DNA from: Anthoceros angustus
Lineage: Eukaryota; Plantae; Anthocerotophyta
DNA: 64,000 nt
NCBI GenBank assembly: GCA_010909165.1
Contig: VJWM01000266.1
Coordinates: 1-64,000, forward strand
Direction of reading: 5' to 3'
Shown here: positions 1 to 11,339 of the stretch, piece after piece
How the letters are laid out: each line of letters opens with the position of its first letter
How positions within the stretch are numbered: position 1 is the stretch's first letter
Made by a program: the position numbers and the translations under genes
The notes under the pieces: model-generated
Database searches by the model: none
What the model saw: the letters and a program-made list of their open reading frames with translations, nothing else
What the model was told of the DNA's origin: nothing

Positions 1-237
1 TGGTTTCACACCTAAACTAAGTGGCTTTCTAGCCTACCTAGTTATCCGTTCATAACGGATCTATTTCCTATAACTAGTATTTAAAGGAAATGAATCCTTG
101 GACTATGGGCCAATCAAAATAAAGGATATGTTTTCATGTCCTTGGTTAATGAAAATGCCTAACCAAAGCGTAGTATATAAAAGCAAGCATACATCGAGTT
201 CACATTCTTTGCATCGTACCTTAGTTCTTGTGTCTTA
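1..237. repeat. AT-rich LTR-like repeat (family E), partial copy
   Basis: Near-identical to about 35935-36165 and 36220-36455. Contains CCAAT (110-114) and TATATAAAA (174-182) spaced like an LTR U3 promoter. Confidence 0.7.
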
Positions 238-239
238 TT

Positions 240-525
240 TGGAATGAGTGGCTGCGTGGTCCCCGGCGTCAATCCGTTGCAATGTCCCATAGCTGTTAAT
301 CCATTTGTCCAGTACATGGGACTGCCATGTCTATTTGGGGCGGTCCAGCGATCCGGCTGTGGGGCCATGTCCACAGGGCAGATCTGAGGTCCGGTAGCCA
401 AGCACCATGTACCATGGCATTTGGGGCAGTCCAGCTGTCCCATTTGTGGCTACCATGTCCCATATTTGGGGCCGGTCAATATGGCTGTGGGACATGTACC
501 TGCGGGCGTCTTGGCAACCTCGACA
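240..525. repeat. GC-rich degenerate minisatellite following repeat E
   Basis: Recurrent ccatgtcc / ggggcggtcc words ending in gtcttggcaacctcg. The same arrangement occurs at about 36460-36597. Confidence 0.6.
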
Positions 526-830
526 AGCCTCCTCTCGTTGTCCTTCTTCCGAGCGAGGCGCCGCGTAATTATTACGGCGCTCTTCACGCCTTCAATTCTA
601 TGACCACGGTACCACGAGTCGTTGCTTCCTTGGCGCTCGCTCACACTTTCCTCTCGATGGCGGGCTGCGGGATTCTCCCACTCGCTCGCGGCACTCAATT
701 TCCTTCCACGGTCGCTCCGCCTGCGGTTGGGTTTGGTCTCCTTCGATGAGGCAGCGCGCGCCGCCTCCTCTTAGCTCGTGGCGATGGCAGCCTCTCTTCT
801 ACTGCGATGTCGTGAACAACAGCTGGAGAG
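525..830 (-). mobile_element. Fragment of family C retrotransposon 5' region
   Basis: Aligns by eye with about 33405-33665 (caattctatgacc...ttggcgctcgctc...gcggttgggt...gctcgtggcgatggc). Confidence 0.75.
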
Positions 831-863
831 CCGCGGATGCAGCGTGACTAGAGATGGGCTCGG

Positions 864-926
864 TCCGGCGTCCGGGACTCTCCCGATCCGGCGTCCGGGA
901 CTCTCCCGATCCGGCGTCCGGGACTC
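864..926. repeat. 23-bp tandem repeat, about 2.7 copies (tccggcgtccgggactctcccga)
   Basis: Directly visible. Confidence 0.9.
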
Positions 927-1651
927 ACTCGAATAACGCCCGGGACACTCTAAGTCCAGCAACGAGGCTGTCTTAGGACCTACTTACCTTAGCCTTATTT
1001 TCCTTTTGTTGAGATAGGCTAGGGTTGTAAAGGGTACATGTATATTTGACCAACCAAACTAACACATTCACATTAGTTTTCAGGTGTGTTTAGTTAGGGT
1101 TGGTTTCATTAACAACACCTAGGAGTTGGCTTAGGTTAGCCGTAGGTGTACCCTAGAATTGATGCAGGTGAAGGACGCCCATGATGACTCACACCAAGGG
1201 TGCTGAGGCCGTAGGAATCATGGGAAAGCAAGGGACCAACTGCCAAGTGAATCTGAGCGTGGAGATTGAGATGGACGCTGGACAAAAGGAGGCGCCCATT
1301 GTAGGCGTTGTTGAAGTCGTGCTGAGAGCGCTGTAAGGAGAAAGAAGCATTGCAATTTAAAATTTTGGTGTGTGGAATGTGTTGATGTTTTCCTTGGGAT
1401 CGACCTTGGGAGGCGATCCGCAGCGTGGGGCGCGATTTCCAGACCGCCAGCCTCACAATCGTGTGAGGCCCCTCTCTCTATCGCATCGATGCTGTTCAAC
1501 AGCGTGTGCTTTTCACTTCAACAACCACCTTCAATGTCGGCGGGAGGCATGGGCGTGGGGCGATCAGCCAAGGCGCTGTCCAGCAACTACAGCGGGAGGC
1601 GGCATGCGAGATCTCACCACGGCGGGTTCTGACACAGCGAGACATTGGGCG

Positions 1652-1803
1652 TTGGGCGCCCCGCAACGCCTCAACATTGGGATTGGAGGCACCCTCAGCA
1701 ACACCTCAATATTGGGCATTGGAGGCGCCCTCAGCAACGCCTCAATATTGGGCATTGGAGTCGCCCTCAGTAACGCCTCAACATTGGGCATTGGAGGCGC
1801 CCT
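1652..1803. repeat. 36-bp tandem repeat, about 4 copies (cgccctcagcaacgcctcaatattgggcattggagg)
   Basis: Contiguous units with no spacers. Translates as repeated GIGGALSNASIL in ORF 1370..1831. Confidence 0.9.
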
Positions 1804-2527
1804 GCAGCTACAGCGGGTTAAGCACCTCTAATCTTCAATTTCAAGTGGATAGTCTTGCAATTTCTGCGGGGCACTCATCCAAGCTACATGGTCTGTGGAT
1901 GCACAGCCCTTTTTCAACTTTCAATTTCTAATGTGCTAGGTAGCTTGGCTCAGCAGTTGTGAAGGAGTGCACTTCGAGAATCGGCTGGCCTAGGAGAGCG
2001 ACAGCGACATTTAGAAATCTGACACTTGGTTAGGCTGCGGGGCATCCTCCTGGATTTTACTTGGTCCTTCGAGACTATTGGACTCAATTTCACCAGGACA
2101 GTCAAGCCTAGAGTTGCTCGCTGACAATTTCAATTGTGTCGGCTGAACTTTCGATGGAGGCGTTGTTTGCATCGATTGCGAGTCGGGGGGATTCCCTTCA
2201 CGCAGGGATAGCGAGCGGCTTGGTTGAAGTGATTGCATCTTCTTTTTGCTGACCAAGTTTGCATGGGGACATGCAATGAACATGGGACCAGCCACGCTAT
2301 CGGTGAGATCCGTAGCATTCAAGGTCGGTCACCTCGCTTTACAGCTGCATACGCCACGAAGGCAGCGCTAAGGCCGCATCAATTTCAAGGGACGTGGAGG
2401 CCAACACTCGACTGATTCATCTTCCTCGGTGTTGAACTAGCAAACTGGTCTCCCTTCCATTTCACATCAAGCGTATTACGAAGGAGGAGGTGCCCAGGTC
2501 GCTATTTCCGAGCGGGTTTCGCCATTC

Positions 2528-3720
2528 TTGGGACAGTCCCCATTCAGCTCGATCATACTTGGGACCGTCCCAAGGGCATTCCACACTTGGGCGGTCCCAA
2601 GCCCGCTGGAGACAGTCCAAGCTCAGCCATCCTCGGGATACTCGGGACAGTCCCAGCTTCAACTCCATTTGGACCAGGATCAATCTGAGGATTCAGACAC
2701 TATGGAGGGAGGAGGAACCTCTTCCAGGCAGGAGCGCTTTTCAGGAAGGCCAGGTACACAAACATTGCGGGACTTCAAGCTGTTTGTCAACAGCATGATC
2801 AGCCGAGTGAAGTTCAAGCATGGAACGGCGTATAATCACCGGTACATGTTCGAGCAACTATCCAGTTACTTGACAGATGAAGCGCTGGATTTGTATGAGG
2901 TCCACCAATCTGAGTTGTTGTCCACAACAGCCACTCCTAACCCGATTTTTCAGAATGCATTGCAGCTGGCCTACAATGCTAAGTTGGCCGCAGCAATCAT
3001 TGCCCATCAAGCTGGGATTGTTGATGGCATTGTCCAGCCCACAGAGCCGCCACCCACAGTCACTAGCTTGACTTCAGCGGAAAGAGTAGCAGCTACTGTG
3101 GGAGTGGATGAGTTCATCCATACCCCCAAGTATACCAATCCGGTGGAGGAGTTCATGCAGATCCTAGAGAGGGCGTTTCCACTCAAGACGCCGGAGAAAA
3201 TTGCTGAGCTTGCTAGCTTTGCGCGTAAGAAAGGGGAGACAGTCTAGATGACCTTTCGGAGGCTGCAAAAGTTGCGTGAAGGGACCGGCATGCTCACAGA
3301 CCAGGAGGCAGCGGAGAAGTTTCTTACAGCGCTGGAGGGGGACTCCTTGTTCCATTTCCAGCTTGTCACCTCATTGGTGGACAAGTATGGGGACCGGTAC
3401 ACTCTTGAGCAGGTGCATGAGGAGGCGGAGCGCAAGGAGATTGCTTTTTCTGCCTATGCCTCCCGGCATTCCAAGGCATTACATTACGATCCATGTTCAG
3501 CAAGGGACGGCTGCCGGGAGTGGGAGTTCAGCATCAAGGGCATTGAGCCAAACCGGTAAGCCCGGTGCTGCAGCGACCATGGAAGCCATGTAATCGCGTG
3601 AGTCCGAACATTTGGCACCAGCATGCAAGTGCCCTATGGAGGGACTGGTGTGCTCTCATTGCCACAGACTGGCCATCTTGTGACAGTGTGCTTTCAGCGG
3701 GCAGAAATCGGAGCTGCACC
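2528..3720 (+). pseudogene. gag: Element A gag with CCHC zinc knuckle
   Basis: ORFs 2528..3247 and 3248..3559 are in frame across a single TAG (FPLKTPEKIAELASFARKKGETV*MTFRRL...FLTAL). At 3651-3691, CSHCHRL[G]HLVTVC matches CX2CX4HX4C after restoring one base. Confidence 0.8.
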
Positions 3721-4659
3721 CAATCAGCCGGAGCAAGTCCGGGAGCTGATTCGAATTTCACGCAACAAACAGCGTGACAAGGCTAAGGCCAAGGTCGCTG
3801 CCACCACCGAGAAGGTGGCCTCCCTTGAGGCGTCTATTGCCGCTCTCACGGCGCAGATGACGGCACTCACAGCCAGCCTCACTGCTGGAGCCAAGCCAGA
3901 TGGCGCAGCTGCCCTTGTCTCCACACAAGCTGAGGATGAGGAGGACTATGGGCCACCGCATCTGGCGTGTGTGGCTCATTGTTTGCCCACCACTGAGCAT
4001 CTTTCAACACTGCCAGCCACATGGGTAGGCCAGGAGTTGCCTTCCGCCATTCTGGACGCTGCATCCGGATCTCCTGGACCTGTTACCCGGCTGCGAGGGG
4101 CACGTGCAGCCATGCCTCAGTCCTTCAGCACGCTACCACCGGGAGCAGCCATCCCTATTCGGGGGCAGGACCATTTTGGGGAGAGCGCTGCAGATACAAC
4201 ACCTTACAGGGACAGCACTCGGGAGAATCCAGCTTGGAATCAGCTGTCCCTCTTGCCTCAAGCTCTCACTGCTGAGCAATTGGCTGAGAGATTGGCTGAT
4301 GTCCCGGTGTTCACCCTCCAAGACATGGGGATGGGTGCCGATCGACTTCGCCGAGCATTGGAGACAAGGCTAGCAAGAGGATCTTTGCCAGCCTGACAGT
4401 CCTGAGGACTTAGGAATGTGGGCATGTGTCCCACCCATGGGACAGTCGGGACTGTTCCCCACTTGGAGCAGGCGGGGCTCCTCTGGACAGGACGGGTGTC
4501 CTCACCGGGGCAGATCGGTGAATCCCACCTCCGGCTATCTCGGCGTATGCTCTTCTCATCGAGCATCACCCGCCAAGATCGGCCACGGATCCAGCCTACT
4601 AATCCATCGCTCGTGTCTCTAATGCCATGGTGGACAGGAGGGACATGTGCTGATCAATG

Positions 4660-5030
4660 GATACGCGCCCAAGCTCGTTCTCCTAGATACAGGGGCTCAG
4701 CCGGTAATTCTTGGCGCTCGCTGCAGTTACATTTGAGTGGTGATGCTCTCGCTCACCTGGAACATTCGGACAGCATCAGGATCCTTGGAGCCCGTGAGCG
4801 GGGAGACTTTGCAGCCCGTGTCTATCACTTTGAAGCCTGGGACGTCTGCTGCTATGACATTGGCGCTTCATTGCCTTGTCACAACAGCAACCAATTATGA
4901 CATTCTCCTTGGACAGGAGTTTTTGTTCCCACCAAGTGTTAGCGTGGACAATTGGACCGAGCAAGCTTTCTATCGCCCTGATTGGAAGAGCGGAGGACAG
5001 CGCGACGCGCCATTCCTTTGGATGCGCATG
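4660..5030 (+). pseudogene. Element A aspartic protease
   Basis: VLLDTGAQPVILG (catalytic D codon at 4686) and downstream TNYDILLGQEFL in ORF 4737..5036. Confidence 0.88.
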
Positions 5031-5369
5031 GCGTGAAGTGAATCTTGTCAATTGGCTATGCCTCAAGTACTCATGGCTACCCTTGCTGTCCCGGTATCCG
5101 GGACTTCACGGTCCCAATGCTCGAGTCTCGGTGTCCGGGACCCCTGCTCCCAATGGACAGCCAACATGGATGATGGGCGAGAAGCCCGGCCAGGCCTGCG
5201 TTGAGACTAGCTTGCGGCTGCCACAGCCTTGAGGGATGTCCTCTTGGGCGACAAGTGCGGATTCTTGCAGCTCACTCCACAGGTCAAGCGCTTCAGCTTG
5301 AAGCCTCCACCGAGTGAGTATGCTCCCATCGGTCTGAACAAGACTGTCCTCACATGGACCTCACCAGCA

Positions 5370-6260
5370 ACCGACCTTACCATGCTGGAACTCTTTGGTG
5401 GGCTCTGCACCGGTCTTGAGGCATTTCTTCAGAATGGGCTGGTGATCACTCGCTATGTTTACTGTGACAGCTGTCCCATAGCCCGGCGCATTCTGAGTAT
5501 CGACTCAAGGTGCAGCAGCGTTTCCCGCGCCTGCCTGCAATCACCAGCACCTTTCAGCCATTTCCCAAGATATCCGGTACATTCAGACATCCTCCTAACC
5601 CCATTGATGTGGTGGCAGGATGGGAATGCCAATTCTCTCAAGCTGGCACGGAGGTGGATTGCAAGATCCCGCTCTGTTTTGGGATTTGCAGCGTGTCCTC
5701 ACCTGGATTCAGGAGTTCAGTCCCGGTTGCGCCTATGTCTTAGAGAACACCCCAGCGCAGTTGGATACTCGATTGTCGGTGCGCCAAGACATGACAGTGG
5801 TTCAGCACCATGTGGGCACACCTCTCTTGCTGGATGCTGCACAAGTGGGTAGTTTCGCTCACCGGCTGCAAAATTATTGGACCAATTTGGCCCCCCAGCC
5901 TTTGCTGGACCTGGTGCTGTCCCGGACTACTCGGGACCCCACTCTTCGCCTTGCCACAGTCTTGGACGCCCATCACCAGACCAGGCCGGTGCAAGCAGCC
6001 GAGAAGCCACCTTGGTATCCTACCAATGTCCTGGGACAGCCCCGGCAGACTTTGCCTACCTTGGTGAGCTTTCCCAACTCCTATGCGTATAGGGGACAAG
6101 GGACAGGCTTGCTTCTCAACACAGATACTCAGGTGTGGGAGGAGCCCACTATGGAAGAGCGGGAGCGCATCATGGGGTTCCACACCCATGCCACTGCAGC
6201 TCCACAGGTCCACTGATTCGTCGGCTTGCGGCTTTAGGCAGAGCTATGGATCTCACAGCT
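5370..6260 (+). pseudogene. C5-cytosine DNA methyltransferase domain (DNMT3-like motif order) inside pol
   Basis: Motif I MLELFGGLCTG (5382), motif II YVYCD, motif IV DVVAGWECQ (catalytic Cys 5627-5629), GLQDP(R)SALFWD, motif VI YVLENT (about 5743), motif VIII DAAQVGSFAHRLQNYWTNL, motif IX EERERIMGF, motif X RRLAALGRAMDL. These are spread over ORFs 5229..5852, 5510..5743, 5620..6216 and 6135..6590. Confidence 0.92.
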
Positions 6261-6620
6261 CGACCGGCTTGTGAGTGCTTGCCCTTTTCAACTCCTATCC
6301 CGATCCGGGACACTTTCGGTGGAGTTGCGTCTGGGCACACCTGCACTGCTGATGCTGTGCATTTGCCCTTCCTGGCTACACCACCTGGTCTTATTGGCTG
6401 GATGCGGGGAGAGCATGAGGCATGGGCGCCCATGAATGTTTTTCAGCATCCTGGTGGTGGTGGAGTCCCGATCGGCGTAGTCCGGGCGGAGACAAGCCAC
6501 CAACACCTAGCTCAAGCTATGTCTGAGACTTTTCCATGGACCATGGGACCCAAGCTTAGCGCTGGACAGCAGCAGCCTTGTGCGCCTTGATACTTCAGAC
6601 AAGGACTGTTCGCTTTCTCC

Positions 6621-7320
6621 ATGAAGGAGCTGCAATGTGTGGCCATTTTCACATCAATCCCAGCAAGGAGCCCATTTACGGCGGCGTTACAGGCTCAGCA
6701 GGACAGTGGGACATGGTGGATGCACTGTCAAGAACTGCTGGAGGCCGGGCTGATCCGCCCTTCTCACTCGGACTATGCTGCTGCCACGGTCATGCCACCT
6801 AAGAAGGACAGCAATGGCCTATGGACAGAGAAGCGAATGTGTGGGGACTACCGTCCCATCAATGCTGTCACCGCCCAGGCCCGGTACCCAATGCCGACTC
6901 TTGAGGAGATTTTTGACAGCATTGGCAACTCCACTTTCTTCTCCATACTCGACCTTCGGCAAGGCTTCAACCAGGTCCCGGTGGCTAAGGAGGACATCAA
7001 GAAAACCGCTTTCCATGGTTCCCAGCAGTTGTGGGAATGGCTGGTGATGCCTTTCGGCTTCAAGAATGCACCGGTCACTTTTCAGCGTGTCATGGACATA
7101 GTCCTTGCCGGATCCGCCAATCTGGTGTGCTATATTGATGATGTGCTTGTCCACAGCATGGACTTTGAGTCACATTTAGTCCATTTGGAGGACCTATTTC
7201 AGCGCTTGAGGAAGGCACGGTGACTTGCCACCGGCTAAGTGTGAGTTTGGGAGTGACATGGGCTACCTTGGACATCGCATTGTGCCCAATGGAGTGGCGC
7301 CACACTGCCAAGGTTCAGGC
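6621..7320 (+). pseudogene. Element A reverse transcriptase
   Basis: LIRPSHSDYAAATVMPPKKD...RMCGDYRPIN...YPMP...LDLRQGFNQ...KTAF...MPFGFKNAPVTFQR...YIDD. Confidence 0.97.
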
Positions 7321-7479
7321 CATCCTGGTCAAGGAGCCTACCAATGTTTCGGCCTCTGAGCTTTCTTGGGTCTATGTACTAGTATACATCCAAAACTTCA
7401 GCCGAATAGCCAACGACTCGCTGCGCAAGGATGTCAAATGGGAATGGAGAGAGGTGGTTCAGCAAGCCTTGAATCCTTG

Positions 7480-7830
7480 AAGGAAAGGCTGACCGAGGCA
7501 CCCGTCATGGCTAGGCGGTTGAGAAGCCCTTTGTGGTCCACATGGAGCATCTTGGGACTTGGAGCGGTCTGGCTAGACGAGGAAGGGCGGAGCGAGTGAT
7601 TGCCTATGCCTCTCGCAGCAACAATAGAGCTGAAGCAAACTACAGAGCTACCAAGGAGAGTGTCTTGCGGCCGTGTGGGCGTTTGCCCTCCTCTATGGTA
7701 AAGCCCTTTCGCTGGTCACCGATCATCAGCCTCTCAAGTGGCTCATGACCAACACCAAGCTCGGTGGTAAGCTGGCGGATGGGCCATGATTCTTCAAGAC
7801 TATGAATTCGAGGTGGTCCACCGTGGCATC
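7480..7830 (+). pseudogene. Element A RNase H
   Basis: LGLGAVW...RVIAYASRSNNRAEANY, then TDHQPLKWLM (frameshifted) and ILQDYEFEVVHR. Confidence 0.85.
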
Positions 7831-7979
7831 ACATCAAAACCGACACTTCGTCCCGAAATCCTGGAGACAGCAGCGAAGATGCCACGGAGGCAAGGCAAGA
7901 TGCTGATTCCAGCAATGCCCGGTCTTCTCAGCACGCTGGCTATGATGTCTTGGAGCTTGGAGGGCCTGATCGAGTCCCA

Positions 7980-8800
7980 AGGACGTGTGGGAGGATTCTG
8001 ACACTTTGAAGTTTTTGCAAACAGGTCAGCTAGACTCCTCCTTGAGATTAGCCGAACAGGAGCGGATCAAGCAGCGTGCCTCCTCATACCAATGGCGGAT
8101 GGCTACCTTCTCGAAGGCTGCATAATGGGTGGGCGCCTAGTTCCTGCCGTGACCGGGTGGAGGCTGATCCACCGACCACGACATGGGACACTTTGGTGTC
8201 AAGCGCACCTCTGACCTGGTTCCTCACTTCTATTGGCATGGCATGCATGCTCAGTCAAGCAATTGGCGTCTTGTGAGGAATGTGACCGGGTCAAGACCTC
8301 ATTCACTATCCAACATGCCACTCCACCACTCCCGATCATGGGACTATTTTTCAGGTGTGGTCTGTGACTTGATAGGAGAGCTCCAGACACCAAGAGGAAT
8401 GTTTACATTCTCGTTATGATGGAACATTCTCCAAGTGGGTTGAGGTAGTGGCGCTACGACAAGACTTCACGGAGCACGGCCCAAGCATTCTTGAGCGTCT
8501 TGGGTAGATTTGGAGTTCGCCGAGTGTCTCATACCAAGGCTCAGAATTCGAGTTCCAAGATCTTTTGGATTCAGCCCTCATTGATCACGTCGGACGGCGG
8601 ATCATCCAGCTGATGGGTTGGCAGAGCGGATGGTTCGAGACCATCAAGAAGGGTCTTAGGAAACTCGCCTCTGATTTGCCCAAGACCGAGTGGGACTTGT
8701 CACTTCATATATTGCCATGGGATACCGTATGAGCAAGCACGCGTTGGCTCATTTCAGCCCCTCACTGTTTGGTAGGAGCCACGCCCCTAGTTCCATTGCC
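7980..8800 (+). pseudogene. Element A integrase
   Basis: DVWEDSDTLKFL pre-integrase segment, GHFGVKRT..FYW, C..C zinc motif, SKWVEVVAL, DGLAERMVRTIKKGLRKL, IAMGYRMS. Confidence 0.85.
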
Positions 8801-11030
8801 AAGCACATGTACGGTGGTGGACTTGGATGACCAAGGTGGGCTCGAGTCATTGGACACGGGCTGCTCTCTTTCGCCAAGCAATGCCTATGGCCATGGCCAA
8901 TTTGCGCATTGCTCGGAGACACCTCCGCTATGCCCACACTCGAGTGGCGGTTCGCCCCAAGCTGAAGAAATTTCGGTGGGGACTTCATCTGCAGCAAACT
9001 CGGGATACCTTGGACACCAGCGGCATGTGCTCGGGTCAAGAGAGGTCAACGGGTTCTTTTGTCAAGAGGGCGATGGGCGCACAACCACGACCACATGAAG
9101 AATTGTGCGTGCCACCTCCCAAATCTTGATCCCACCATTGTCACATGATTGGATTCCCCAGTGATGGGTTGGCGGATGGTTCGACCATCAAGAAGGGTCT
9201 TAGGAAACTCGCCTCTGATTTGCCCAAGACCGAGTGGGACTTGTCACTTATATATTGCCATGGGATACCGTATGAGCAAGCATGCGTTGGCTCATTTTCT
9301 ACTGTTTGGAGAGCCAGCCCCTAGTTCCATTGCCAAGCACATGTATGCGAGGTGGTGGACTTGGATGACCCAGTGTGGGCTCGAGTCATTGGACAGCGGG
9401 CTGCTCTCTTCGCCAAGCAATGCCTATGGCCATGGCCAATTTGCGCATTGCTCGGACACACCTCCGCTATGCCCACACTCGAGTGGCGGTTCGCCCCAAG
9501 CTGAAGAAATTTCGGTGGGGACTTCATCTGCAGCAAACTCGGGATACCTTGGACACCAGCGGCATGTGCTCGGGTCAAGCAACGGTGGCGTCTTGTGAGT
9601 GTGACCGGGTCAAGACCTCATTCACTATCCAACATCCAGACTCCACCCACTCCCGATCATGGGACTATTTTTGAGTGGTCTTGTGACTTGATAGAGCTCC
9701 CACGGACACCAAGAGGAATGTTTACATTCTCGTTATGATGGAACATTTCTCCAAGTGGGTTGAGGTAGTGGCGCAGACAAGACTTCACGAGCACGGCCCA
9801 AGCATTCTTGAGCGTCTTGGGTAGATTTGGAAGTTCGAGTGTCTCACCACCAAGGCTCAATTCGGGAGAGTTCCAAGATCTTTTGGATTCAGCCCTCATT
9901 GATCACCGTCGGACCGGTAGGATCATCCCAGTGATGGGTTGGCGAGCGGATGGTTGAGACCATCAAGAAGGGTCTTAGGAAACTCGCCTCTGATTTGCCC
10001 AAGGCAAGTGGGACTTGTCCATATATTGCCATGGGATACCGTATGAGCAAGCGCGTTGGCTCATTTCGGTCCTACTACATTGTTTGGTAGGAGCCACGCC
10101 CCTAGTTCCATTGCCAAGCACATGCAGGTGGTGGACTTGGATGACCCAGGTGGGCTCGAGTCATTGGACAAGGCTGCTCTCTTTTGCCAAGCAATGCCTA
10201 TGGCCATGGCCAATTTGCGCATTGCTCGACCAGACACCCTCCGCTATGCCCACACTCGAGTGGCGGTTTAGCTAAGTGAAGAAATTTCGGTGGGGACTTC
10301 ATCTACTTGGCAAACTCGGGATACCTTGGACACCAGCGGCATGTCTGGTCAAAGGTCGAGATCAACAGGTTCTTTTTGCTTCAAGGGCGATGGGACAACC
10401 ACCGACCACATGAAGAATTGTGCGTGCCACCTCCCAAATCTTGATCCCACCATTGTCACATGATTGGATTCCCCAGTGATGGGTTGGCGGATGGTTCGAC
10501 CATCAAGAAGGGTCTTAGGAAACTCGCCTCTGATTTGCCCAAGACCGAGTGGGACTTGTCACTTATATATTGCCATGGGATACCGTATGAGCAAGCATGC
10601 GTTGGCTCATTTTCTACTGTTTGGAGAGCCAGCCCCTAGTTCCATTGCCAAGCACATGTATGCGAGGTGGTGGACTTGGATGACCCAGTGTGGGCTCGAG
10701 TCATTGGACAGCGGGCTGCTCTCTTCGCCAAGCAATGCCTATGGCCATGGCCAATTTGCGCATTGCTCGGACACACCTCCGCTATGCCCACACTCGGTGG
10801 CGTTTAAGCCCCCAAGCTGAAGAAATTTCGGTGGGGACTTCATCTACTTGCGGCAAACTCGGGATACCTTGGACACCGGTTGCCGCATGTGCGGGTCAAG
10901 GAGGTCGAGACCCAAGGGTTCTTTTTGCTTGAGTGATGGGCGCACAACCACCGACCACATGAAGAATTGTGCGCCCGCCACCTCCCAAATCTTGATCCAA
11001 CCATTGTCACCACCGATTGGATTCCCCCAG
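8260..11030 (+). repeat. Nested tandem duplication of the integrase C-terminal half (units about 550 bp and 1315 bp)
   Basis: ORFs 9149..9598 and 10464..10820 have identical N-terminal translations (offset 1315). The sequence jumps back to about 8611 at 9161 and 10475, and to about 8260 at 9581. Confidence 0.9.
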
Positions 11031-11180
11031 CTGATTACCCATGCCAAGTATGCCAGCGCATCGATGATTCAGACTTGATGTTGCTGTGCGATAGCTGCAA
11101 TGGAGGATACCATCTGTTCTGCTTGATTCCACCTTTGTCCGAAGTCCCCGACCAGTTGTGGTATTGCCCACGCTGTGCGG
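11030..11180 (+). CDS. PHD finger at the integrase C-terminus of element A
   Basis: CQVCQRIDDSDLMLLCDSCNGGYHLFCLIPPLSEVPDQLWYCPRC is an intact C4-H-C3 motif in ORF 10967..11668. It is preceded by the duplicated integrase tail (ILIQPL...DWIPPADYP). Confidence 0.93.
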
Positions 11181-11339
11181 CAGCACCCGTTCCAGCGAGC
11201 ACTTACCATCAAGACCCAAACAGTGGGGGACAAGAGAACTATGTTTTCGATGCGGGGTTGGCACAATTGGCAGTCCATGGCGAGAAGGGGAACTTCAGCA
11301 TTGCCAATGTGGTGAAAGAGGAGGAGGATGGGGGTCCGA

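Larger units (their letters stand above)
2528..11200 (+). mobile_element. Element A: Ty3/gypsy retrotransposon with order gag-PR-DNMT-RT-RH-INT-PHD (frameshifted; LTRs not identified)
   Basis: Collinear, same-strand domain motifs listed below. The RT-RH-INT order is the gypsy order. Confidence 0.92.

Noticed and set aside
1652-1803. 36-bp repeats as a CRISPR array
   Set aside because: Units are contiguous with no unique spacers, there are no cas genes, and the context is eukaryotic TEs.
4390-4700. Programmed gag-pol frameshift in element A
   Set aside because: Pervasive indel noise makes frame changes uninformative, and no clear slippery site was identified.
5370-6260. Methyltransferase as a bacterial restriction-modification gene (contamination) or a host DRM gene
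   Set aside because: It is embedded between retroviral PR and RT on the same strand with no restriction partner, and the motif order is not permuted as in DRM.
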